Assembly (NCBI GenBank): GCA_965199855.1
Contig: OZ241326.1
Span: forward strand, 2,848,001-2,912,000
Source: a bacterium
GTDB lineage: Bacteria; UBA8248
Direction of reading: 5' to 3'
DNA length: 64,000 nucleotides
This document shows, in pieces, positions 48,125 to 60,309 of the stretch (its first letter is position 1; each line of letters begins with the position of its first letter). The translations under genes were made by a program, and so were the position numbers. The notes beneath the pieces were generated by a model. It ran no database searches, was not told the origin of the DNA, and worked only from the letters and a program-made list of their open reading frames with translations.

Positions 48125-48305
48125 GACTCGCTGGGTCTCTCGCTTGATGGCGTGGAATGGAAATTTACGCCTCCCTTCCCCGCGGCCGGATCGGACATCC
48201 AGATTCCTCCCGAATCGACGACGAATTATCATCCTCGCTTCCGCGTGATATACGGAATCAAGGCGCGATTGGACGGACGAAAAACAAAGGGCCGCGATTT
48301 TGAAA

Positions 48306-48848
48306 ATGCCGCAGAGGAAGATGAGCAGGCTCGGCGAATACGATTATTCTCGAAGAGGATATTATTTCGTGACGGTTTGCGCGCAAAACCGCAGGAGCAT
48401 GTTCGGCGAGATCGTGAAAGGAAAAATGCTCTCAAGCGAAACGGGGCGCATTGTCGCCGAATCACGGGAATGGCTGGAGGGAAGATACGGTTACGTGGAG
48501 CTGGACGCATGGGTGGTTATGCCGAATCACCTGCACGGCATCGTGAGCATTCGCGACGCGCGCGCGGGCGAGAATGTCCGTAGGGGCGGTTCGGGAACCG
48601 CCCGCGCAAAAACATCGGGACATGCGAAGCCATTGGGCCGCCTGATTGGAGCATTCAAAACAGTATCGACCAAACGCTTCAACGAGCATCACGGCGCGCG
48701 CGAAACAAAATTATGGCAACGATCGTTTTACGACCGCATCATCCGGGGCGACGCGGAACTGAATCGCGTCCGGGAGTATATTCAGAACAATCCGTTGCTG
48801 TGGGCGCTCGACAAGGACAACCCGGACAACTGGACGGCGCCGCCGTAA
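48306..48848 (+). mobile_element. REP-associated tyrosine (HUH/Y1) transposase, RAYT
   Basis: 'RL.EYDYS..GYYFVTVC', HUH motif 'VMPNHLHGI', 'LWQRSFYDRIIR', catalytic 'EYIQNNP'; GTAG REPs at 48095 and 48942 and one internal copy. Confidence 0.92.
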
Positions 48849-49140
48849 GTTCATCCCCCCGAAATCGAAGGCGGCTGGGCGGGATGGTCGTCCGGTTCCG
48901 CAAGGGCGGCATCCTGTGCCCGCCCGGCGCGGTTCGCCTTCGTAGGGGCGGCTCGCGAGCCGCCCGCGCGGAATCATCTCCCGCGAAGGCCGGAATCCGG
49001 AAGCCGCGCAGGGGCAGGTCGCGACCTGTGGGACGCCCCCAAGGAGGGGGCGTCACTACGAAATCATAGCGAACCGGCAATCACGGGGCGGCGCCGGGAA
49101 GGGGCCGCCCCCCCGCGGTAAATCAATTCACCGCCCGCGC

Positions 49141-49170
49141 AAAAAAAACCGGGGGGCTTTCGCCCCCCGG
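49141..49170 (-). terminator. Rho-independent terminator of the porin gene
   Basis: Minus strand ccggggggc-gaaa-gccccccgg followed by T8. Confidence 0.9.
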
Positions 49171-49231
49171 CAGCCGTCCGCGTCACGCGAACGGGATGCT
49201 TCTTTCCGCTGCGAAACTCCGGCGTCCTAGG

Positions 49232-50596
49232 CTAGAAGAAGTGGCGGATGGTCCACGCGGCGACCCAAGTGTCGTCCAGATCCTCGCCGCCCTCCACCTT
49301 GCCGTAGTCGCCGGCGAACAGATACGCGCCCACCACGCGAAGTTCGAACTTCGGGTAGATCTTCCACTTGAAGCCCAAGTTGAACTCCGTGCCGAAGTCC
49401 TTGGAGTCGTCGTACACCGTCTTCATCTCTTCGCCGGGGTCGCACACCGAGTTCTTGTTCGCGTCGTCGCAGAGGTTGGGCGCGCTCTCCGCCGACTGGT
49501 AGAATGACAGGCCGCCGCCCAGCGTGAAGGTCTTGCTCACCTTGTACTCGAACAGACCCTCGAGCACGTTCGCGCCGTTCAGCTGCTTGTGGCCACCGTT
49601 GCCGGTCAGGGTCACGTTCCGTACGCTGTTGGCAGTGGTCGTCCAGCGGCGCGAGGTCATGATATGGCCGCCTTCGACCCAGCCATAGCCGCCGAGACCC
49701 GGGAACGTGAAGCGGCTGAGCTCCTTGTCGGGCTGGAGCGCCTGATGGCTCGCCGCCACGATGGGATCGTCGTCGCCCGAGAACGAAACGAGGTTGGCCA
49801 TGAGCTTGAGTTTGCCCATGGGGAACGCGGTCCTCAAGATGAAGCCCCAGGCCGAGACATCCACGTCGGGGCGGTCCATCATGCCGACCGTGCCGCCCTC
49901 GCTGACGGCACCGGTCTGATAGACGCCGGTGGCCCTGAGGCTCATGATGCCCACCTTCCCCTTGGCGTGCAGGGCGGTGTACCAGTAGTCATAGCCCATG
50001 TTGGACTTGTTGTCGCGGGAGTTCGCTATCCACGGGGTGAGCGCGAGGTTCGGCGAAGCCTTCCAGGTCAGGCCGAGGTAGTAGGCGTCCGCGTCGTCCG
50101 AAGCCCCCGTAATGTCCTCTCTGGTCTTTGTGTTGAACAGGCTCAGCGAAAGATTGCTCGAGAGCTTGCCGTAGAGGGCGAGACCCGGCTTACGGGAACG
50201 CCCGCTACTGTCGAAAATCTCCTTGTCGGGCGATACGTAGTCCGTCCTGCCCCAGCGGGCGCGCAGCTTGCTTCCCGGAACCGCGAAATCAACCACCCAG
50301 CGGTTCGTTCCCACCGCATGTCGACCCGCGGTCGTGAAGCCGCCGTTCGCGTTCGTCCATTCAGGCTCCCAAACGACCCAAACCTTGCCGCCGTCGGTCT
50401 TCGCCGTGAAGCGGGGCCGCGACAGCGCGTCGAAATACTGGATGCCGTCGTGATTGTCGTCGTTCCGATCCGTGTTGTTCGAGCTCAGGCCGCGCAGGCG
50501 AAAGAAGCCGCTGAACTTGAAGTCGGCCGCATACGACGGCGCGGTGAACGTGACGAGCAGGGTCGCCGCGAACAAAGCGAGTAGAAGTTTCCGCAT
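49232..50596 (-). CDS. Outer-membrane beta-barrel porin (alginate-export/short-chain amide porin-like)
   Basis: Signal peptide ending 'SYA'; amphipathic strands; 'DFGTEFNLGFKWKIY', 'AYLFAGDY'; terminal Phe; strong terminator. Confidence 0.8.
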   Translation of the reverse strand: MRKLLLALFAATLLVTFTAPSYAADFKFSGFFRLRGLSSNNTDRNDDNHDGIQYFDALSRPRFTAKTDGGKVWVVWEPEWTNANGGFTTAGRHAVGTNRWVVDFAVPGSKLRARWGRTDYVSPDKEIFDSSGRSRKPGLALYGKLSSNLSLSLFNTKTREDITGASDDADAYYLGLTWKASPNLALTPWIANSRDNKSNMGYDYWYTALHAKGKVGIMSLRATGVYQTGAVSEGGTVGMMDRPDVDVSAWGFILRTAFPMGKLKLMANLVSFSGDDDPIVAASHQALQPDKELSRFTFPGLGGYGWVEGGHIMTSRRWTTTANSVRNVTLTGNGGHKQLNGANVLEGLFEYKVSKTFTLGGGLSFYQSAESAPNLCDDANKNSVCDPGEEMKTVYDDSKDFGTEFNLGFKWKIYPKFELRVVGAYLFAGDYGKVEGGEDLDDTWVAAWTIRHFF

Positions 50597-51005
50597 TTCA
50601 GTCTCCTTGGTGGAGTTTTCAAAAAGTGTTGCCGCATTCCTTGATGTTCGTTTCGCGCTGCTTTCCGGCTCCGGGTTTCGGAGCCCGTTCGTCTCTCCTC
50701 TGGCATCACCCCCTTTCGTCAGTCGTCAACGAATAAGTCCGAAAAGCCTCCGCCCTCATCGGGCGAACAAGCGGGTTGATTATACCCGAACGCAAACATT
50801 CAAGTCCAGCCGCTTCTCACCCCTCGAATCTCGCGGCTGAACGCGCCGGCCTCTTGGAAAAGCATGACATATTCACGATGTTAGACGAAAACGCCGCTTC
50901 CTGTCAACGAAACAATATCGGGAATCATATCGCCCGAAGAACAGGCGGGCGGGCCATATCTTCCGCGGCGCCGGGCCGCGCGTCCCCCGGCAATCCGCTC
51001 TTTTT

Positions 51006-51042
51006 CGGATGGTTGCGTCGGCGAAGCCCCCGGTGCTATAGT
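51006..51042 (+). promoter_or_regulatory. Putative promoter of DUF1640 cassette 1 (TTGCGT-18 bp-TATAGT with extended -10 TG)
   Basis: 37 bp identical to the reverse complement of 60082-60118. Confidence 0.65.
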
Positions 51043-51069
51043 AGACGCTCTGAACCGGAGGAGAAGATC

Positions 51070-51480
51070 ATGCCCGCGTTCGACACCCTCAAGGCGACGA
51101 AGCTTCTCAAGGAGTCCGGCTTCGGCGAGATCCAGGCCGAAGCCGTGGTCTCCACCGTGCGCGACGCCGTCGCCGAGAACGTCGCCACCAAGGCCGACCT
51201 CGCCGAGGTCTGCAACGAACTGAAGCTCGACCACGCCAAACTGCGAACCGAACTCAAGGAAGACATCGCCAATGTGCGCGCGGAACTCAAGGAAGACATC
51301 GCCAATGTGCGAACCGAAATCGCAGACATCCGCGCGGAACTCAAGGAAGACATCGCCGGCGTCCGCGCGGAACTCAAGGAAGACATCCACAAGCTGCGAA
51401 CGGACATGTATCGCTTCGGGGCGTTCATGATCATCGCCATCGTCAGCCTGATCGTCACCCTGATGAAGCTATTGCCGTAA
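51070..51480 (+). CDS. DUF1640/CCDC90-family membrane-anchored coiled-coil protein, copy 1 (136 aa)
   Basis: 'FDTLKATKLLKESGF...QAEAVV' head, 'ATKADL' neck, ELKEDIANVRA repeats, C-terminal TM helix. Confidence 0.85.
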   Translation: MPAFDTLKATKLLKESGFGEIQAEAVVSTVRDAVAENVATKADLAEVCNELKLDHAKLRTELKEDIANVRAELKEDIANVRTEIADIRAELKEDIAGVRAELKEDIHKLRTDMYRFGAFMIIAIVSLIVTLMKLLP

Positions 51481-51624
51481 CGTCCGTCTTCGCCGCGCCG
51501 TGGGGCGCATATAAAATGCGTCCCCGGCGAGTTCAGCGCTCCGATTTCGCGGCGTCGGGGCGCGCGTCAGGGGTTCACGGCTCAAGCGCCTGCGCCCGAG
51601 GGGGTCCGCCGGAGCCTCGAAAAC

Positions 51625-53526
51625 CTATTCCGCGATCCTGTAGAAGAAAATCTGGCTTTTCGCGTCGGCGAGCACTTCCGCGCCGGCCGTCGCCGCGACC
51701 AGGTCGCGGAAGCCGTCGTTGTCGGCGTCCGCGAGAGCGAAATCCACGACCCCGCGGCTCACTTTCCTGGAGCGCCAGGTTTCGGACAATCCGCCGCCGT
51801 CCCATATCAGACTCACGATTTGTCCCCCCGTCACCCCCAGGCCGGGCACGACGGGAGAGGCGTATTCGTTGCGGATCACGAGAACCTCGTCCACCCCGTC
51901 CCCGTCGACGTCCTCCACCAGAACGCGGGATCGGACGGCGAGACGCTTCGCGTCTTCTCCATCGTCCTCGTCGTCAAGCGCGAACGCATGAACGGGCGCG
52001 CCGTAGGCTTCCGCGCTTTTGTAAATCTCCTCGCCGCGCCTCGAGAACAGCCGAAGCCTGTCGTCCTCGCCCACTTCGATGACGTCCAGCGCGCCGTCCC
52101 TGTCGATGTCCCACAAGCCGAAGCCCAGTATCGTCATCTTCTCGGGCAGCGCGTAGGGGGCGACGGAAACGAGGTTCTTCCCCGTCCATCGGTAGCGGTG
52201 AACGGGGCCCTCGAAGGGCTTGTCCAGCCCTTCCTTCTGGCCCAGCAGCAGATAGGCTTCCGAATCCGGGAGTTTCGCGCCCTTCGCCGGCCGCCGCACC
52301 CGGAGGAGCCGATAGAACGTTCTGTCGTTCCTGCGCAGGGTCTCGAATTTCCGCCCCCTGAGCTGCAGCACCATCGAGAACAGCTCATTGGAGCGATAGG
52401 CGGCGATATACAGCTCGGGCAGTCCGTCGCCGTTCATGTCGGCCACGTCGAGCCACCGGAAATCGCTCGCCCCATCGTCGAAGCGGGCGAGCTCGCGCAT
52501 CCGCCCCCCCTCCAGCCGATAGACGACGACCGCCCCCGCCGCAATGACGGCGACTTCGTTTTTTCCGTCCCCGTTCACGTCCGCGACGGACACGCCCCGG
52601 AAGGAGGCGCCGTCGAACAGATAGCTCCGCGCGCCGCCGCGCGCGCCGGGCACGCCCTCCCGATCCAGCACGAAGCTCGGATTCGCCGAACTCGCGCGCG
52701 CGCCTCCCGCGCCGCGCCGCAGCGCCTGCGCCTTCGGATCGCCCTGCTCGAAGGGCAAATCGCCCGCAAGCGCCACGGCCTTGAAAATTTCCTTTCTCGC
52801 GGTGAGCGACAAGAGGCGCGCCGAAAGAACGTTCCGCCCCCTGATTTCGCGCAGTTCGCTCCCGATCACCAGATCGGCGCGTATCTCGTTTCGCAGGCGA
52901 ATCGGATTCGCGCCCTTGAGAATCTCGTCCGTGGCTACGCCGCTCTCGATGAACCAGACCTGGAGTCTGTCCACGTCGTAGACGTCGAATCGCCCGCCGG
53001 CGAGGAGCTGCCGCTCCAGCTCTCTCGTGAGCGTTTCCATGCTGACGGGCTCTTTCGTCCGGTTGACGAAAGGCAGTATCGCCAGGCGGATTTTCGAGGA
53101 GGCCAGACGCACCGAATCCCCCACGCGGGGGGCGAGATCCCCGCCCGGGGCGAGGCGCGCCATGCGCGCGATGGAGAACCTGCCCCGCACCTCCACGATT
53201 TCGGCCTCGCCGATCTCCTCCTCCAGCCTCCCCAGGACGACGCCCGTCGCCGGATGCCGAAACGGCGCGCCCTCCCGGTAGACGTTGAGCTTGACGCCTT
53301 TGGGCGCCTTGTCCTTCTCGCCCAGGCTCAGGTAGAGATCGCCCCCCTTGATGGCGACCACCGACCCGCGCAGATCCGGAAACCTCTGCTGCAGCTTGCC
53401 GCTGATGAGCCGGAGCGCCCTGCGATAGTCGTTCCCCTGCGCGCAGGCCGCGCCGCCGGAGGCGGCGAGCGAGAGCAGGAGCGCCGGCAGAAGGAAGGAC
53501 GTCTTTTTGAGAAATCGCGAAATCAT
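51625..53526 (-). CDS. Exported FG-GAP/VCBS-repeat beta-propeller protein with N-terminal FlgT/CsgG-like domains
   Basis: Signal peptide; repeats 'DVNGDGKNEV', 'DMNGDGLPEL', 'DIDRDGALDV', 'DVDGDGVDEV', 'DADNDGFRDL'; 'HPATGVVLG', 'LAILPF'. Confidence 0.78.
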   Translation of the reverse strand: MISRFLKKTSFLLPALLLSLAASGGAACAQGNDYRRALRLISGKLQQRFPDLRGSVVAIKGGDLYLSLGEKDKAPKGVKLNVYREGAPFRHPATGVVLGRLEEEIGEAEIVEVRGRFSIARMARLAPGGDLAPRVGDSVRLASSKIRLAILPFVNRTKEPVSMETLTRELERQLLAGGRFDVYDVDRLQVWFIESGVATDEILKGANPIRLRNEIRADLVIGSELREIRGRNVLSARLLSLTARKEIFKAVALAGDLPFEQGDPKAQALRRGAGGARASSANPSFVLDREGVPGARGGARSYLFDGASFRGVSVADVNGDGKNEVAVIAAGAVVVYRLEGGRMRELARFDDGASDFRWLDVADMNGDGLPELYIAAYRSNELFSMVLQLRGRKFETLRRNDRTFYRLLRVRRPAKGAKLPDSEAYLLLGQKEGLDKPFEGPVHRYRWTGKNLVSVAPYALPEKMTILGFGLWDIDRDGALDVIEVGEDDRLRLFSRRGEEIYKSAEAYGAPVHAFALDDEDDGEDAKRLAVRSRVLVEDVDGDGVDEVLVIRNEYASPVVPGLGVTGGQIVSLIWDGGGLSETWRSRKVSRGVVDFALADADNDGFRDLVAATAGAEVLADAKSQIFFYRIAE

Positions 53527-53656
53527 GGAATCCCCACGCGCGGACAGCGGCCCGAAAGGCGGCCTTCGCCCGCGCCTCATCGTCCAATGAGAGCCGCGCG
53601 GACGAACATCGGCAAATATACCGCGCAGAAAGCAGAAAGCAAAGAAGGCGCGGGTC

Positions 53657-55576
53657 TCAGGGCCGCGCCAGCCCCAGTTCCCTCGCCATCGCCGGGTGGA
53701 TCGGCGCGCCGAGCCTGTCGGCTTCTCTCGCGTGTTTTCGGGCGCCCCGGCGGTCGCCTTCGAGATGCAGGGCCAGCGCCAGATTGTGATGGGCGTCCGG
53801 GTGATCCGGCCTGAGCGCGAGCGCCGCCCTGAACTGCCCTATCGCCAGCTCCCTCAGGCCCGCCTTGAGATAGAGGGTGCCCAGGTTGAAGCGCGCCTCC
53901 TCGAGCGTCGGCTTGAGGCGCACCGCGCGCTCGAAGCGCGGCCGCGCCAGGTCGCCGCGCCCGGCGCCCATATACAGCGCGCCCAGGGCCAGGTGTCCCT
54001 CCGCGTTCTCGGCGTTGAGCCTCAGGGCGCGCTTGAGGGACGCTTCGGCGGCGGCCGCCTCTCCGCTCTGCATCTGCGCGATTCCCAGATCGACCCAAGC
54101 GTAATCATAGACGGGATAAATCCCGACCGATCTCTTGAGCGGAGGGATGGCCTCGGCGAACTTTTTCCGCGCGATCAGCGCCTGGCCATACACCCTGAGC
54201 GCGCGCGCGCTCCTCGGGGAGACCTCCGCCGTCCTCCGCCAGAAGCGAAGCGGGTCGCCCCATTCGCGGTTTCGCTTCATCGTCAGCGTCCCGAAGACCG
54301 CGCAGACGCCGAGGAGGAGCGCCGGGGCGATTCGCCAATCTCCTCGCGCGAGCAACGCGCCCGCCGTCGGCGCGGCGGCGATCAAAAAGCCCGCCGAGGG
54401 AATGTAGAGCGCCCGCTCGGCCATGATGGTGCCTATGGGAACCGCCAAGTTGCTCACGGGCAGATAGCCGCCCAGGAAAACGGCCAGTCCGAAGGCGATC
54501 CACGGCATCTTCTCCCTCAGGCGCCAGGCGGCGCAGCCCCACGCGAGAAGGCCCAGAACCCCGGCCATCATCCAGAGGGCGGCCTCGGCCCCTTCCACCG
54601 GAATCTGCGCGAAGGAATAATCCGCGCTCAGGGGCCACGGCCACGCCAGCAGGCGGAAGCAGCGCCCCAAAACGCCGAGCGCGCCGAACAGCCGCCCGCC
54701 CGCCGGCATCAGGGCGAGGACGTTGTCCAGTTTCGAGGGGGGATAGGGGCGCGCCAGCATCCCCAAAGCGGCGTAGCGCATCCATACGTAGAGGAGGAGG
54801 ACGAGTCCGAGCGCGCAGGCGGCGATGAGCGTCCGCCGAAGGGGCGGGCGCTCAACCTCCCCCGGCGCATACCGGCTCCAGAGCTGCCACAAAAGCGCGC
54901 TGAACAGCATGGCGACGCCGATTTCCTTGGACAGGAGCGCGAAAAAGCAAAGCGCGCACGCGAGGCCGACCGAAGCGAGGAGGCCCGGGGTTCGCGCGCC
55001 GCCGCTCTCCCCTTGCTTCCGCTCTGCTCCGTCTTCCGGGCGTCTCGCCCGCGGAAGCGCGGCGCCCATGAGGAGGCCCAGCCCCCCGAAGACGCCGGCG
55101 GCGGCCATCAGGTCGGCGCGCGCGACGACGACGTTCACCGCCTCGGTGTGAACCGGATGGAGGGCGAACAGGAGGGCGACGGCTCCCGCCCCGCCGGGAG
55201 GAAGTCCGAAGCGCAGGCAGAGCCAGAGCAGGAGGACGCAGGCGAGGGCGTGAAGCGATGCGTTGAGGACTCTGTAGCCCGTCGGGTTCATGCCGCCCAC
55301 GGCGTGGTTCAGCGCGAGGGAAGCGACGGTGATGGGCCGGTAGAGGCGGTCTCTCTTCTCGTTCGTCTCGACGGGGCCCCAGTAGTCTCGCCGGAACGCC
55401 TCGAGAACGCGGCCGCTCTGCCGAACGAGCGGATTCTCGCCGATGACGGCGACGTCGTCCTGCACGAACGGGTTGGAGAGCGCGCCCGCGAAGATCAGAA
55501 ACGCGGCCCCCGAGACGACGCACGCCCAAATCCACTTCACGCCCGATCGGCCCTCCGCGAAGAACAGCGCGCGCAT
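53657..55576 (-). CDS. TMTC-like GT-C membrane glycosyltransferase with DUF1736 and C-terminal TPRs
   Basis: 'FVQDD', 'YRP', 'HPVHTEAV', 'LLSKE', 'PWPLSADYS', 'AERALYIPS', followed by TPR helices. Start uncertain (55540, 55576 or 55615). Confidence 0.82.
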   Translation of the reverse strand: MRALFFAEGRSGVKWIWACVVSGAAFLIFAGALSNPFVQDDVAVIGENPLVRQSGRVLEAFRRDYWGPVETNEKRDRLYRPITVASLALNHAVGGMNPTGYRVLNASLHALACVLLLWLCLRFGLPPGGAGAVALLFALHPVHTEAVNVVVARADLMAAAGVFGGLGLLMGAALPRARRPEDGAERKQGESGGARTPGLLASVGLACALCFFALLSKEIGVAMLFSALLWQLWSRYAPGEVERPPLRRTLIAACALGLVLLLYVWMRYAALGMLARPYPPSKLDNVLALMPAGGRLFGALGVLGRCFRLLAWPWPLSADYSFAQIPVEGAEAALWMMAGVLGLLAWGCAAWRLREKMPWIAFGLAVFLGGYLPVSNLAVPIGTIMAERALYIPSAGFLIAAAPTAGALLARGDWRIAPALLLGVCAVFGTLTMKRNREWGDPLRFWRRTAEVSPRSARALRVYGQALIARKKFAEAIPPLKRSVGIYPVYDYAWVDLGIAQMQSGEAAAAEASLKRALRLNAENAEGHLALGALYMGAGRGDLARPRFERAVRLKPTLEEARFNLGTLYLKAGLRELAIGQFRAALALRPDHPDAHHNLALALHLEGDRRGARKHAREADRLGAPIHPAMARELGLARP

Positions 55577-55759
55577 GAATGACAGGAGCGTCCGGGGACG
55601 CGGCCCGGCCCGCATCGTTCCGGGAGACTCGCCGAATCGCAACAATCCATCGTAGCAGAATTTCCGCCACGCCGCCATGAAGCGCCGAGAAAACGCCTCT
55701 CCCGTTCGGTTTTTCTTTTGACTCCCGACCGAACGACTGATAGGCTTCGAGGCTGAAAG

Positions 55760-55835
55760 TTCGCTGGGGGTGCCTTGCAGGCTGAGAACAAACCCTTCGA
55801 ACCTGAACCGGTTAGCGCCGGCGTAGGGAAGCGAC
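55760..55835 (+). promoter_or_regulatory. TPP riboswitch
   Basis: 'gggggtgc...gctgagaacaaaccct tcgaacctgaaccggttagcgccggcgtagggaa' THI-box core, upstream of thiC. Confidence 0.93.
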
Positions 55836-55885
55836 AGGTTATCCGCATCCTCGTGGTTTCCCTCCGCCGACATGCGAGAGAATGA

Positions 55886-57742
<1,857 letters not shown>

Positions 57743-57772
57743 AGCCCCGCCCGCAGAGGCTCGCCGGATTGA

Positions 57773-57811
57773 ACCCCCGCCCGGGGGTATTGGCCCGGGC
57801 GGGGGTCCTTT
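57773..57811 (+). terminator. Putative terminator after thiC
   Basis: 13-bp stem acccccgcccggg/cccgggcgggggt followed by ccttt. Confidence 0.6.
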
Positions 57812-57932
57812 AATATGGCGAGGCGCGTCCCCCGAACCAGTCATCCGGCTTCATCCGGTTTTCCGATCTCCCCAAGACTGAAAGCCCCCGTTGATGCTAC
57901 ATTGCCCGCGTCCATTGCTTCGGGGAGCGGAC

Positions 57933-58991
57933 ATGACGCTGAGAGTGGGGATTTGGGCGCCCGTGTGGGGCACGTTTCTGGGGCGGGTCGAAAAACCCGA
58001 GGAGGTGAAGGAGGCCTCCTTCGAGCACAACGCGCGCTACGTCAGGCGCGCCGAGGCGCTCGGCTTCGAGAGCGTCCTGCTGCTCGACAGAAGCCTCAAC
58101 AGCATCAAGGGCGTGGGCGCGCCGGTTCTCGAGGCGTGGGTCACGGCGGCGGCGCTCGCTCCCATCACCGAGAGCATCGAGCTCATCGTCGCCGCCAGAA
58201 GCGCCTACCGCCACCCCGCGCTCGTCGCGCAGATGGGGGCGAACATCGACTGCGCAAGCGGCGGGCGCTTCGCCATCAACGTCGTATCGGGCTGGTGGGC
58301 GCAGGAGCACGAGATGGCGGGCGTCCCCTTCCCGCCGCACGATGAGCGCTACGATATTTCCGAGGAGGTCATGCGCATCCTCAAATCCTACTGGACGGAG
58401 GATCGCTTCAGCTTCGAGGGCAGATACTTCCGGATCACCGACGGCGTAACCTCCCCCAAGCCCCTCCGAAAGCCCTGGCCCACCTTCTATTTCGGCGGCG
58501 AATCCCAGGCCGCCGCGCGGCTGGCGGGAAAGGCGGCGGACGTCTTCCTGTTCAACGGCCGCCCGCTCTCCGAGGCGCGCGAACTCATGGCCGCCGTGAA
58601 CCGGGAGGCGAAGGCGAGCGGCAGGGCGGTGCGGCACGGGATGAGCTCGTTCATCGTCTGCCGGGAGAGCGACGCGGCCGCCCGGGCGGAGCTTGCGCGC
58701 CTTTTCTCGCTTATCACCGAGGCGCCGAAGCTCAAGGGCGTGGACAAGGCCGCGCGGCACAAGAAGACGAGCGCGAAGGGGGGCGGCGTCGGCTCGAACG
58801 GCGGCGCGGCGACGGGCCTCGTCGGCTCGCCCGGGACGATCGCCCGGCGCATGATGGCGTTTCACGAGGCGGGGGTGGAGCTCTTCCTGCTCCAGTTTCA
58901 CCCCATGTTCGAGGAGATGGAGCGCTTCGCCTCGGAGGTCATGCCGCTCCTGCCCCTGGGCGCGAAGGCGTCAGGCGCGGCGCGCGCCTGA
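57933..58991 (+). CDS. LLM-class flavin monooxygenase (SsuD/SfnG-like, organosulfur)
   Basis: 'RRAEALGFE', 'LEAWVTAAAL', 'SGGRFAINVVSGW', 'HDERY', 'FYFGGES', 'GLVGSPGTIA'. Confidence 0.85.
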   Translation: MTLRVGIWAPVWGTFLGRVEKPEEVKEASFEHNARYVRRAEALGFESVLLLDRSLNSIKGVGAPVLEAWVTAAALAPITESIELIVAARSAYRHPALVAQMGANIDCASGGRFAINVVSGWWAQEHEMAGVPFPPHDERYDISEEVMRILKSYWTEDRFSFEGRYFRITDGVTSPKPLRKPWPTFYFGGESQAAARLAGKAADVFLFNGRPLSEARELMAAVNREAKASGRAVRHGMSSFIVCRESDAAARAELARLFSLITEAPKLKGVDKAARHKKTSAKGGGVGSNGGAATGLVGSPGTIARRMMAFHEAGVELFLLQFHPMFEEMERFASEVMPLLPLGAKASGAARA

Positions 58992-58998
58992 GCCGCGC

Positions 58999-59460
58999 TC
59001 ACTCCAGGGAGACGCGCGCCCCCAGCCCGAAGCCGTTTCGCAGAAACCAGCCTTGGTTCACCTCCAGCGCCCAGCGCGCCTTCTGACGGGAGGAATAGGA
59101 GGGAATCCTTCGCCCCGGCCTGTGCGGCTGGAGGTGGATGATCTCCAGAATCCGCCCGTCGGAGCGGATGAAGGCGATCGAGAGGGGAATGCGCGTGTTC
59201 TTCATCCAGAAGAACCGGCGCGCCTCCTTCTCGAAAATGAAGAGCATCCCGGCGTTCTCGGCCAGCCGCGCCCGGCCCATGAGTCCGCGCTCGCGGGCGC
59301 GGGGGCTTCGGGCTATCTCGACATTCAGCCGCGCCTCGCGCCCGTTCTGCGCGATTCGCGCCACCCCCCGCTCGAAGAGCGGGGCCGCCCCGGCCCATCC
59401 CGCGAGCAGAACCAGGGCGAAGAAGGCCGCGCCCGCCGCGGGGAGCCGCTTTCGGTTCAT
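58999..59460 (-). CDS. DUF192 exported protein
   Basis: 'VEIARSPRARERGLMGR', 'GMLFIF', 'FWMKNTRIPLSIAFI', 'ALEVNQG'. Confidence 0.9.
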   Translation of the reverse strand: MNRKRLPAAGAAFFALVLLAGWAGAAPLFERGVARIAQNGREARLNVEIARSPRARERGLMGRARLAENAGMLFIFEKEARRFFWMKNTRIPLSIAFIRSDGRILEIIHLQPHRPGRRIPSYSSRQKARWALEVNQGWFLRNGFGLGARVSLE

Positions 59461-59628
59461 CCCGGAGATCCTTTGTAGATGATGAACGGGCGGAAACGCC
59501 CCGCCATCATAAATCTCCCGCCCGCGCGAATGAAAGCGCCGCGGGACGAGAAGCCGCGGCGCGAGAAGGGCTGACCCGCCGATTCCGCAGGACGCATATA
59601 TCCGCCCCCCGCGCGTCGAAGACGGACG

Positions 59629-60060
59629 TTACGGCAATAGCTTCATCAGGGTGACGATCAGACTGACGATGGCGATGATCATGAACGCCCCGAAGCGATA
59701 CATGTCCGTTCGCAGCTTGTGGATGTCTTCCTTGAGTTCGGTTCGCACGCCGGCGATTTCCGCGCGCACGTCTGCGATTTCCGTTCGCACATTGGCGATG
59801 TCTTCCTTGAGCTCCGCGCGCACGCCGGCGATGTCTTCCTTGAGCTCCGCGCGCACATTGGCGATTTCGTCCTTGAGCTCCCCGCGGACTTTGGCGATTT
59901 CGATTTTGAGTTCGTTGCTCGTCTCGGCGAGGTCGGCCTTGGTGGCGACGTTCTCGGCGACGGCGTCGCGCACGGTGGCGACCACGGCCTCCGCCTGGGT
60001 CTCCCCGAAGCCGGAGTCCTTGAGCAGCTTCGTCGCCTTGAGGGTGTCGAACGCGGGCAT
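59629..60060 (-). CDS. DUF1640/CCDC90-family coiled-coil protein, copy 2 (143 aa)
   Basis: Head nearly identical and C-terminus identical to 51070-51480; different repeat order in the stalk. Confidence 0.85.
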   Translation of the reverse strand: MPAFDTLKATKLLKDSGFGETQAEAVVATVRDAVAENVATKADLAETSNELKIEIAKVRGELKDEIANVRAELKEDIAGVRAELKEDIANVRTEIADVRAEIAGVRTELKEDIHKLRTDMYRFGAFMIIAIVSLIVTLMKLLP

Positions 60061-60309
60061 GACCTCATCCTCCGGCCAGCCACTATAGCACCGGGGGCTT
60101 CGCCGACGCAACCATCCGCGTCATGGCGGGCGAGCCTGTCGCCCTCTTTCCGGCGGACGCCGGGCCGGAAACCAACCGGAGGGGGACGCATGAGCCCGTC
60201 GCTTACGGACGCGCGGGCGGGATTTCCCCGGGGCGGTTTGACATTCCGGCGGCGGGCGCGATAGGCTGTCTTTCCATTTCCAGTTGCTCCTCCCCCCTCC
60301 CCGGATATC

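Noticed and set aside
47850-48300. Short ORFs between NYN and RAYT as a protein antitoxin
   Set aside because: No convincing RBS or motif, and several frames run through REP sequence.
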